Shown in pieces: positions 19,301 to 31,600 of a stretch of DNA of 64,000 nt; the stretch's first letter is position 1; the number at the start of each line of letters is the position of its first letter. The notes under the pieces were generated by a model that searched no databases, had not been told where the DNA came from, and saw only the letters and a program-made list of their open reading frames with translations. Source of the stretch: Heterodontus francisci (taxonomy: Eukaryota); the NCBI RefSeq assembly GCF_036365525.1, contig NC_090378.1:120203593-120267592 (forward strand). Reading direction: 5' to 3'. A program made the translations under genes and the position numbers.

Positions 19301-22300
19301 CAGTCTCCAGCCAGGGCTCCATTTATCCAGTGCAGTCTCCAGCCAGAGCTCCATTCATCCGGTGCAGTCTCCAGCCAGGGCTCCATTCATCCAGTGCCAT
19401 CTCCAGCCAAGGCTCCATTCATCCAATGAAGTCTCTAGCCAGGGCTCCATTCATCCAGTGCAGTCTCCAGCCAGGGCTGCATTCATCCAGTGCAGTCTCC
19501 AGCCAGGGCTGCATTCATCCAGTGCAGTCTCCGGTCAAGGCTCCATTCATCCAGTGCCCTCTCCAGTCAGGGCAACATTCATCCAGTGCCGTCTCGTGTC
19601 AGGGCTCCATTCATCCACTTCAGTCTTCAGCCAGTGCTCGATTCATCCAGTGCCGTCTCCAGTCAGGGCTCCATTCATCCAGTGCAGTCTCCAGCCAAGG
19701 CTCCATTCATCCAGTGCAGTCTCCGGTCAAGGCTCCATTCATCCAGTGCAGTCTCCAGCCAGGGCTCCATTCATCCAGTGCAGTCTCCAGTCAGGGCTCT
19801 GTTCATCCAGTGCCGTCTCCAGTCAGGGCTTCATTCATCCAGTTCAGTCTCCAGCCAGGGCTCCATTCATCCAGTGCAGTCTCCGGTCAAGGCTCCATTC
19901 ATCCAGTGCAGTCTCCAGCCAGGGCACCATTCATCCAGGGCAGTCTCCAGTCAGGGCTCCGTTCGTCCAGTGCCGTCTCCAGTGCGGGCTCCATTCATCC
20001 AGTTCAGTCTTCAGCCAGGGCTCGATTCATCCAGTGCCGTCACAAGTCAGGGCTCCATTCATCCAGTGCAGTCTCTAGCCAGGGCTCCATTCATGCAGTG
20101 CAGTACCCAGCCTGGGCTCAATTCATCGAGTGCAGTCTCCAGTCAGGGCTCCATTCATCCAGTGCCGTCTTCAGCCAGGGCTCCATTCATCCAGTGACGT
20201 CTGCAGCCAGGGCTCCATTCATCCAGTGCAGTCTCCAGCCAGCCTTCCATTCATCCAGTGAAGTCTCCAGCCAGGGCTCCGTCTATCCAGTGCCGTCTCC
20301 AGCCATGGCTCCATTTATCCAGTGCAGTCTTCAGCCAGGGTGCCATTCATCCAGTGCGGTCTCCAGCCAGTGCTCCATTCATCCAGTTCAGTCTTCAGCC
20401 AGGGCTCCATTCATCCAGTGCAGTCTCCAGCCTGGGCTCCATTCATCCAGTTCAGTCTTCAGCCAGGGCTCCATTCATCCAGTTCAGTCTTCAGCGAGGC
20501 CTCCAGTCATCCAGTGCATTCTCCAGCCAGGGCTCCATTCATCCAGTGCAGTCTCCGGTCAAGGCTCCATTCATCCAGTGCAGTCTCCAGTCAGGGCTCC
20601 ATCCATCCAGTGCCATCTCGTGTCAGGGGTACATTCATCCAGTTCACTCTTCAGCCAGGGCTCGATTCATCCAGTGCCTTCTCCAGTCAGGGCTCCATTC
20701 ATCCAGTGCAGTCTCTAGCCATGGCTCCATTCATCCAGTGCAGTCTCCAGTCAGGGCTCTGTTCATCCAGTGCCGTCTCCAGTCAGGGCTTCATTCATCC
20801 AGTTCAGTCTCCAGCCAGGGCTCCATTCATCCAGTGCAGTCTCCGGTCAAGGCTCCATTCATCCAGTGCAGTCTCCAGCCAGGGCTCCATTCATCCAGGG
20901 CAGTCTCCAGTCAGGGCTCCGTTTGTCCAGTGCCGTCTCCAGTGCGGGCTCCATTCATCCAGTTCAGTCTTCAGCCAGGGCTCGATTCATCCAGTGCCGT
21001 CACAAGTCAGGGCTCCATTCATCCAGTGCAGTCTCTAGCCAGGGCTCCATTCATGCAGTGCAGTACCCAGCCAGGGCTCAATTCATCGAGTGCAGTCTCC
21101 AGTCAGGGCTCCATTCATCCAGTGCAGTCTCCAGCCAGGGCTCCATTCATCCAGTGCCGTCTTCAGCCAGGGCTCCATTCATCCAGTGACGTCTGCAGCC
21201 AGGGCTCCATTCATCCAGTGCAGTCTCCAGCCAGCCTTCCATTCATCCAGTGAAGTCTCCAGCCAGGGCTCCGTCTATCCAGTGCCGTCTCCAGCCATGG
21301 CTCCATTTATCCAGTGCAGTCTTCAGCCAGGGCGCCATTCATCCAGTGCGGTCTCCAGCCAGGGCTCCATTCATCCAGTTCAGTCTTCAGCCAGGGCTCC
21401 ATTGATCCAGTGCAGTCTCCAGCCTGGGCTCCATTCATCCAGTTCAGTCTTCAGCCAGGGCTCCATTCATCCAGTTCAGTCTTCAGCGAGGCCTCCAGTC
21501 ATCCAGTGCATTCTCCAGCCAGGGCTCCATTCATCCAGTGCAGTCTCCGGTCAAGGCTCCATTCATCCAGTGCAGTCTCCAGCCAGGGCTCCATTCATCC
21601 AGTGCAGTCTCCAGTCAGGGCTCTGTTCATCCAGTGCCGTCTCCAGTCAGGGCTTCATTCATCCAGTTCAGTCTCCAGCCAGGGCTCCATTCATCCAGTG
21701 CAGTCTCCGGTCAAGGCTCCATTCATCCAGTGCAGTCTCCAGCCAGGGCACCATTCATCCAGGGCAGTCTCCAGTCAGGGCTCCGTTCGTCCAGTGCCGT
21801 CTCCAGTGCGGGCTCCATTCATCCAGTTCAGTCTTCAGCCAGGGCTCGATTCATCCAGTGCCGTCACAAGTCAGGGCTCCATTCATCCAGTGCAGTCTCT
21901 AGCCAGGGCTCCATTCATGCAGTGCAGTACCCAGCCAGGGCTCAATTCATCGAGTGCAGTCTCCAGTCAGGGCTCCATTCATCCAGTGCCGTCTTCAGCC
22001 AGGGCTCCATTCATCCAGTGACGTCTGCAGCCAGGGCTCCATTCATCCAGTGCAGTCTCCAGCCAGCCTTCCATTCATCCAGTGAAGTCTCCAGCCAGGG
22101 CTCCGTCTATCCAGTGCCGTCTCCAGCCATGGCTCCATTTATCCAGTGCAGTCTTCAGCCAGGGTGCCATTCATCCAGTGCGGTCTCCAGCCAGTGCTCC
22201 ATTCATCCAGTTCAGTCTTCAGCCAGGGCTCCATTCATCCAGTGCAGTCTCCAGCCTGGGCTCCATTCATCCAGTTCAGTCTTCAGCCAGGGCTCCATTC

Positions 22301-24993
22301 ATCCAGTTCAGTCTTCAGCGAGGCCTCCAGTCATCCAGTGCATTCTCCAGCCAGGGCTCCATTCATCAAGTGCAGTCTCCGGTCAAGGCTCCATTCATCC
22401 AGTGCAGTCTCCAGTCAGGGCTCCATCCATCCAGTGCCATCTCGTGTCAGGGGTACATTCATCCAGTTCACTCTTCAGCCAGGGCTCGATTCATCCAGTG
22501 CCTTCTCCAGTCAGGGCTCCATTCATCCAGTGCAGTCTCTAGCCATGGCTCCATTCATCCAGTGCAGTCTCCAGTCAGGGCTCTGTTCATCCAGTGCCGT
22601 CTCCAGTCAGGGCTTCATTCATCCAGTTCAGTCTCCAGCCAGGGCTCCATTCATCCAGTGCAGTCTCCGGTCAAGGCTCCATTCATCCAGTGCAGTCTCC
22701 AGCCAGGGCACCATTCATCCAGGGCAGTCTCCAGTCAGGGCTCCGTTTGTCCAGTGCCGTCTCCAGTGCGGGCTCCATTCATCCAGTTCAGTCTTCAGCC
22801 AGGGCTCGATTCATCCGATGCCGTCACAAGTCAGGGCTCCATTCATCCAGTGCAGTCTCTAGCCAGGGCTCCATTCATGCAGTGCAGTACCCAGCCAGGG
22901 CTCAATTCATCGAGTGCAGTCTCCAGTCAGGGCTCCATTCATCCAGTGCAGTCTCCAGCCAGGGCTCCATTCATCCAGTGCCGTCTTCAGCCAGGGCTCC
23001 ATTCATCCAGTGACGTCTGCAGCCAGGGCTCCATTCATCCAGTGCAGTCTCCAGCCAGCCTTCCATTCATCCAGTGAAGTCTCCAGCCAGGGCTCCGTCT
23101 ATCCAGTGCCGTCTCCAGCCATGGCTCCATTTATCCAGTGCAGTCTTCAGCCAGGGCGCCATTCATCCAGTGCGGTCTCCAGCCAGGGCTCCATTCATCC
23201 AGTTCAGTCTTCAGCCAGGGCTCCATTCATCCAGTGCAGTCTCCAGCCTGGGCTCCATTCATCCAGTTCAGTCTTCAGCCAGGGCTCCATTCATCCAGTT
23301 CAGTCTTCAGCGAGGCCTCCAGTCATCCAGTGCATTCTCCAGCCAGGGCTCCATTCATCCAGTGCAGTCTCCGGTCAAGGCTCCATTCATCCAGTGCAGT
23401 CTCCAGTCAGGGCTCCATCCATCCAGTGCCATCTCGTGTCAGGGGTACATTCATCCAGTTCACTCTTCAGCCAGGGCTCGATTCATCCAGTGCCTTCTCC
23501 AGTCAGGGCTCCATTCATCCAGTGCAGTCTCTAGCCATGGCTCCATTCATCCAGTGCAGTCTCCAGTCAGGGCTCCGTTCATCCATTGCCGTCTCCAGTC
23601 AGGGCTCCATTCATCCAGTGCTGTTTAGAGCCAGGGCTCCATTCATCCAGTGCAATCTCTAGCCAGGGCACCATTCATCCAGTGCCGTCTTCAGCCAGGG
23701 CTCCATTCATCCAGTGCCGTCTTCAGCCAGGGCTCCATTCATCCAGTGCAGTCTCCAGCCAGCCCTCCATTCATCCAGTGCAGTCTTCAGCCAGGGCGCC
23801 ATTCATCCAGTGCAGTATCCAGCCAGGGCTCCATTCATCCAGTTCAGTCTTCAGCCAGGTCTCCATTCATCCAGTGCAGTCTCCAGCCAGGGCTCCATTC
23901 ATCCAGTTCAGTCTTCAGCCAGGGCTCCATTCATCCAGTGCCGTCTCCAGTCAGGGCTCCATTCATCCAGTTCAGTCTTCAGCGAGGGCTCCATTCATCC
24001 AGTGCAGTCTCCAGCCAGGGCTCCATTCATCCAGTGCAGTCTCCGGTCAAGGCTCCATTCATCCAGTGCAATCTCCAGTCAGGACTCCGTTCATCCAGTG
24101 CCGTCTCGTGTCAGGGCTCCATTCATCCAGTTCAGTCTTCAGCCAGGGCTCGATTCATCCAGTGCCGTCTCCAGTCAGGGCTCCATTCATCCAGTTCAGT
24201 CTTCAGCCAGGGCTCCATTCATCCAGTGCCGTCTCCAGCCAAGGCTCCATTCATTCAGTGCAGTCTCTAGCCAGGGCTCCATTCATCCAGTGCAGTCTCC
24301 AGCCAGGGCTCCATTCATCCATTGCAGTCTCCAGTCAGGGCTCCATTCATCCAGTGCAGTCTCCAGCCAGGGCTCCATTTATCCAGTGCAGTCTCCAGCC
24401 AGAGCTCCATTCATCCAGTGCAGTCTCCAGTCAGGGCTCCATTCATCCAGTGCCATCTCCAGCCAAGGCTCCATTCATCCAGTGCAGTCTCCAGCCATGG
24501 CTCCATTCATCCAATGAAGTCTCTAGCCAGGGCTCCATTCATCCAGTGCAGTCTCCAGCCAGGGCTCCATTCATCCAGTGCAGTCTCTAGCCAGGGCTCC
24601 ATTCATCCAGTGCAGTCTCCAGCCAGGGCTCCATTCATCCAGTTCAGTCTTCAGCCAGGGCTCGATTCATCCAGTGCGGTCTCCAGTCAGGGCTCCATTC
24701 ATCCAGTTCAGTCTTCAGCGAGGGCACCATTCATCCAGTGCAGTCTCCAGCCAGGGCTCCATTCATCCAGTGCAGTCTCCGGTCAAGGCTCCATTCATCC
24801 AGTGCAGTCTCCAGTCAGGGCTCCGTTCATCCAGTGCCGTCTCGTGTCAGGGCTCCATTCATCCTGTTCAGTCTTCAGCCAGGGCTCGATTCATCCAGTG
24901 CCGTCTCCAGCCAGGGCTCCATTCATCCAGTGCCGTCTTCAGCCAAGGCTCCATTCATCCAGTGCAGTCTCCAGCCAGGGCTCCGTTCATCCA
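10377..24993. repeat. 32-bp tandem satellite (consensus CCAGGGCTCCATTCATCCAGTGCAGTCTCCAG), ~14.6 kb, ~457 copies
   Basis: Continuous head-to-tail units, mostly 0-3 substitutions each, rare 1-bp indels (~12291, ~13848, ~14135); 59% GC consensus; multi-unit duplications visible. Confidence 0.98.
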
Positions 24994-25123
24994 TCATATC
25001 AGTAAAAAGTACAAGGTGAAAACCATCAAAATGTAATAGTGGAGTCTGTCCTCAGGATGGGGGAGCAGGGAGCTCCATGGATTGGTGCTGCGACATCCTC
25101 TTTTCTCTCAGATGGACACCTCC

Positions 25124-25373
25124 CTGACCTCCATCCCTCCCTCTATCTGACCTTCATCCCTCTCTCTATCTGATCTCCATCCCTCCCTCTATCTGACCTC
25201 CATCCCTCCCTCTATCTGATCTCCATCCCTCCCTCTATCTGACCTCCATCCCTCCCTCTATCTGATCTCCATCCCTCTCTCTATCTGAGCTCCATTCCTC
25301 CCTCTATCTGATCTCCATCCCTCCCTCTATCTGATCTCCATCCCTCCCTCTATCTGATCTCCATCCCTCCCTC
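25124..25373. repeat. 23-bp pyrimidine-rich minisatellite (CTGA[C/T]CTCCATCCCTCCCTCTAT), ~11 copies
   Basis: Units start at 25124, 25147, etc.; lies inside the 640-bp spacer between the two satellites. Confidence 0.95.
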
Positions 25374-25633
25374 CAGAGCTTTCTGCAAATAAACACTGAA
25401 TGGATGAAAGATACAATAAAAGAATTATGAAGATGATTTTCAGAGATGTGTCATTATTATAGTTAAAAAGGTCTCCTTCTCAGTGAAGTTATATCCTGCT
25501 GAGTAATATATACAGACAGGCTGTGCTAAAGTTGGACAATGTTGAGATGTAGATTTTATATTTTGCCAAAAAGCAGAATTGAGTAAACAAGATGTGAACA
25601 AGATGATTAGAAAATGTTTACAGACACTGATGA

Positions 25634-28600
25634 CAGGTACATCACACTTCACAATCCAGTCTGTGTACTCAGGTATATCACACTTGACAATACGGACTGT
25701 GTACTCAGAGACATCACCGTTCACAATCCAATCTGTGTACTCAGGTATATCACACTTCACAATCCAGTCTGTGTACTCAGGTACATCACACTTCACAATC
25801 CAGTCTGTGTACTCAGGTACATCACACTTCACAATCCAGTCTGTTTACTCAGGTACATCACACTTCACAATCCAGTCTGTGTACTCAGGGACATCACACT
25901 TCACAGTCCAGTCTCTGTACTCAGATACCTCACACTTCACAATCCAGTCTGTGTACTCGGGTACATCACACTTCACAATCCAGTCTCTGTACTCAGATAC
26001 ATCACACTTCACAATCCAGTCTGTGTATTCTGATACATCTCACTTCACAATCCAGTTTGTGTACTCAGGTACATCACACTTCACAATCCAGTCTGTTTAC
26101 TCAGGGACATCACACTTCACAATCCAGTCTGTGTACTCAGGTACATCACTCTTCACAATCCAGTCTGTGTCCTCAGGTACATCACACTTCACAATCCAGT
26201 CTGTGTACTCAGATACATCGCACTTCACAATCCAGTCTGCGTACTCAGATACATCACACTTCACAATCCAGTCTGTGTACTCAGATACATCACACTTCAC
26301 AATCCAGTCTGTGTACTCAGATACCTCATACTGCACAATCCAGTCTGTGTACTCGGGTACATCACACTTCGCAATCCAGTCTGTGTACTCAGATACATCA
26401 CACTTCACAATCCAGTCTGTGTACTCAGGTACATCACTCTTCACAATCCAGTCTGTGTACTCAGATACATCACACTTCACAATCCAGTCTGTGTACTCAG
26501 ATACATCACACTTCACAATCCAGTCTGTGTACTCAGATACCTCACACTGCACAATCCAGTCTGTGTACTCGGGTACATCACACTTCACAATCCAGTCTGT
26601 GTACTCAGATACATCACACTTCACAATCCAGTCTGTGTATTCTGATGCATCTCACTTCACAATCCAGTTTGTGTACTCAGGGACATCAGACTTCACAATC
26701 CAGTCTGTTTACTCAGGGACATCACACTTCACAATCCAGTCTGTGTACTCAGGTACATCACACTTCACAATCCAGTCTGTGTACTCAGGTACATCACACT
26801 TCACAATCCAGTCTGTGTACTCAGGTACATCACACTTCACAATCCAGTCTGTGTACTCAGGGACATCACACTTCACAATCCGGTCTGTGTACTCAGGTAC
26901 ATCACACTTCATAATCCAGTCTGTGTACTCAGGTACATCACACTTCACAATCCAGTCTGTGTACTCAGATACATCACACTTCACAATCCAGTATGTGTAC
27001 TCAGGTACATCACAATTCACAATCCATTCTGTGTACTCAGGTACATCACACTTCACAATGCAATCTGTGTACTCAGGTATATCACACTTCACAATCCAGA
27101 CTGTGTAATCAGGTACATCACACTTCGCAATCCAGTCCGTGTACACAGGTACATCACACTTCACAATCCAGTCTGTGTACTCAGGTACATCACACTTCAC
27201 AATCCTGTCTGTGTACTCAGGTACATCACACTTCACAATCCAGTCTGTGTACACAGGTACATCACACTTCACAATCCAGTCTGTGTACTCAGGTACATCA
27301 CACTTCACAATCCGTTCTGTGTACTCAGATACATCACTCTTCACAATCCGGTCTGTGTACTCAGGTACATCACTCTTCACAATCCGGTCTGTGTACTCAG
27401 GTACATCACACTTCAGAATCCGGTCTGTGTACTCAGGTACATCACACTTCACAATCCAGTCTGTGTACTCAGGAACATCACAATCCACAATCCTGTCTGT
27501 GTACTCAGGTACATCACACTTCACAATCCGGTCTGAGTACTCAGGTATATCAAACTTCACAATCCGGTGTGTGCACATTGGTACATCACACTTCACAATC
27601 CGGTCTGTGTACTCAGGTACATCACACTTCATAATCCAGTCTGTGTACTCAGGTACATCACACTTCACAATCCAGTCTGTGTACTCAGATACATCACACT
27701 TCACAATCCAGTATGTGTACTCAGGTACATCACAATTCACAATCCATTCTGTGTACTCAGGTACATCACACTTCACAATGCAGTCTGTGTACTCAGGTAT
27801 ATCACACTTCACAATCCAGACTGTGTAATCAGGTACATCACACTTCGCAATCCAGTCCGTGTACACAGGTACATCACACTTCACAATCCAGTCTGTGTAC
27901 TCAGGTACATCACACTTCACAATCCTGTCTGTGCACTCAGGAACATCACACTTCACAATCCAGTCTGTGTACACAGGTACATCACACTTCACAATCCAGT
28001 CTGTGTACTCAGGTACATCACACTTCACAATCCGTTCTGTGTACTCAGATACATCACTCTTCACAATCCGGTCTGTGTACTCAGGTACATCACTCTTCAC
28101 AATCCGGTCTGTGTACTCAGGTACATCACACTTCACAATCCGGTCTGTGTACTCAGGTACATCACACTTCAAAATCCAGTCTGTGTACTCAGGAACATCA
28201 TAATCCACAATCCTGTCTGTGTACTCAGGTACATCACACTTCACAATCCGGTCAGAGTACTCAGGTATATCAAACTTCACAATCCGGTGTGTGCACATAG
28301 GTACATCACACTTCACAATCCGGTCTGTGTACTCAGGTACATCACACTTCAGAATCCAGTCTGTGGACTCAGGTACATCACACTTCACAATCCGTTCTGT
28401 GTACTCAGGTACATCACCCTTCACAATCCAATGTGTGTAGTCAGGTACATCACACTTAGCAATCCAGTCCGTGTACTCAGGTACATCACACTTCACTATC
28501 CAGACTGTGTACTCAGGTACATCACACTTCACAATCCATTCTGTCTACTCAGGTACATCACACTTCGCAATCCAGTCCTTGTACTCAGGTACATCACACT

Positions 28601-31600
28601 TCACAATCCGGTCTGTGTACTCAGGTACATCACACTTCACAGTCCAGTCTGTGTACTCAGGTACATCACACTTCGCAATCCAGTCCGTGTACTCAGGTAC
28701 ATCACACTTCACAATCCAGACTGCGTAGACAGATACATCACCCTTCACAATCCAATGTGTGTAGTCAGGTACATCACACTTCGCAATCCAGTCCGTGTAC
28801 TCAGGTACATCACACTTCACAATCCGGTCTGTGTACTCAGGTACATCACACTTCACAATCCAGACTGTGTACTCAGGTACATCACACTTCACAATCCATT
28901 CTGTGTACTCAGGTACATCACACTTCGCAATCCAGTCCGTGTACTCAGGTACATCACACTTCACAATCCGGTCTGTGTACTCAGGTACATCACACTTCAC
29001 AGTCCAGTCTGTGTACTCAGGTACATCACACTTCGCAATCCAGTCCGTGTTCTCAGATACATCACACTTCACAATCCAGTCTGTGTACTCAGATACATCA
29101 CACTTCACAATCCAGTCTGTGTACTCAGATACATCACACTTCACAATCCAGTCTGTGTACTCAGATACCTCACACTGCACAATTCAGTCTGTGTACTCGG
29201 GTACATCACACTTCACAATCCAGTCTGTGTACTCAGATACATCACACTTCACAATCCAGTCTGTGTGCACAGGTACATCACTCTTCACAATCCAGTCAGT
29301 GTACTCAGGTACATCACACTTCACAATCCAGTCTGTGTACTCAGATACATCACACTTCACAATCCAGTCAGTGTCCTCAGATACATCACACTTCACAATC
29401 CAGTCTGTGTACTCAGATACCTCACACTGCACAATCCAGTCTGTGTACTCAGGTACATCACACTTCACAATCCAGTCTGTGCACTCAGATACATCACACT
29501 TCACAATCCAGTCTGTGTATTCTGATACATCTCACTTCACAATCCAGTTTGTGTACTCAGGGACATCAGACTTCACAATCCAGTCTGTGTACTCAGGTAC
29601 ATCACACTTCACAATCCAGTCTGTGTTCTCAGGTTCATCACACTTCACAATCCAGTCTGTGTACTCAGGTACATCACACTTCACAATCCAGTCTGTGTAC
29701 TCAGGGACATCACACTTCACAATCCGGTCTGTGTACTCAGGAACATCACACTTCAGAATCCAGTCTGTGTACTCAGGTACATCACACTTCACAATCCAGT
29801 CTGTGTACTCAGGTACATCACAATTCACAATCCATTCTGTGTACTCAGGTACATCACACTTCACAATGCAATCTGTGTACTCAGGTATATAACACTTCAC
29901 AATCCAGACTGTGTACTCAGGTACATCACACTTCGCAATCCAGTCCGTGTACACAGGTACATCACACTTCACAATCCAGTCTGTGTACTCAGGTACATCA
30001 CACTTCACAATCCAGTCTGTGTACTCAGGAACATCACACTTCACAATCCAGTCTGTGTACACAGGTACATCACACTTCACAATCCAGTCTGTGTACTCAG
30101 GTACATCACACTTCACAATCCGTTCTGTGTACTCAGGTACATCACAATTCACAGTCCAGTCTGTGTACTCAGGTGCATCACACTTCACAATGCATTCTGT
30201 GTACTCAGGTACATCACACTTCACAATCCGGTCTGTGTACTCAGATACATCACACTTCACAATCCAGTCTGTGTACTCAGGTACTTCACACTTCACAATC
30301 CAGTCTGTGTACTCAGGTACATCACACTTCACAATCCAGTCTGTGTACTCAGGTACATCACACTTCACAATCCAGTCTGTGTACTCAGGAACATCACACT
30401 TCACAATCCAGACTGTGTACTCAGGTACATCACACTTCACAATCCAGACTTTGTACTCAGGTACATCACACTTCACAATCCATTCTGTGTACTCAGGTAC
30501 ATCACACTTCGCAATCCAGTCCGTGCACTCAGGTACATCACACGTCACAATCCGGTCTGTGTACTCAGGTACATCACACTTCACAGTCCAGTCTGTGTAC
30601 TCAGGTACATCACACTTCACAATCCAGTCCGTGTTCTCAGGTACATCACACTTCACAATCCAGTCTGTGTCTTCAGGTACATCAAACTTCACAATCCATT
30701 CTGTGTACTCAGGTACATCACACTTCACAATCCAGTCCGTGTTCTCAGGTACATCACACTTCGCAATCCAGTCCGTGTATTCAGGTACATCACACTTCAC
30801 AATCCGTTCTGTGTACTCAGGTACATCACACTTCACAATCCAGTCTGTGTACTCAGGTACATCACACTTCACAATCCAGTCCGTGTTCTCAGGTACATCA
30901 CACTTCGCAATCCAGTCTGTGTACTCAGGTACATCACACTTCACAATCCCGTCTGTGTGCTCAGGTACATCACACTTCACAATCCAGTCTGTGTACTCAG
31001 GTACATCACACTTCACAATCCAGTCTCTGCACTCAGGTACATCACACTTCACAATCCACTCTGTGTACTCAGGTACATCACACTTCACAATCCAGTCCAT
31101 GTTCTCAGGTACATCACACTTCACAATCCAGTCTGTGTACTCAGGTACATCACACTTCACAATCCAGTCTGTGTTCTCAGGTACATCACACTTCACAATC
31201 CAGTCTGTGTACTCAGGTACATCACACTTCACAATCCAGTCTGTGTACTCAGGGACATCACACTTCACAATCCGGTCTGTGTACTCAGGTACATCACACT
31301 TCACAATCCATTCTGTGTACTCAGGTACATCACACTTCACAATCCGGTCTGTGTACTCAGATACATCACACTTCACAATCCAGTCTGTGTACTCAGGTAC
31401 TTCACACTTCACAATCCAGTCTGTGTACTCAGGTATATCACACTTCACAATCCAGTCTGTGTACTCAGGTACATCACACTTCACAATACAGTCTGTGTAC
31501 TCAGGAACATCACACTTCACAATCCAGACTGTGTACTCAGGTACATCACACTTCACAATCCAGACTGTGTACTCAGGTACATCACACTTCACAATCCATT

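Noticed and set aside
10320-25036. S/Q/P-rich ORFs in the 32-bp array as mucin-like proteins
   Set aside because: They are 32-aa cycles from a stop-free 32-bp unit; all three plus frames give the same peptide and are broken at random.
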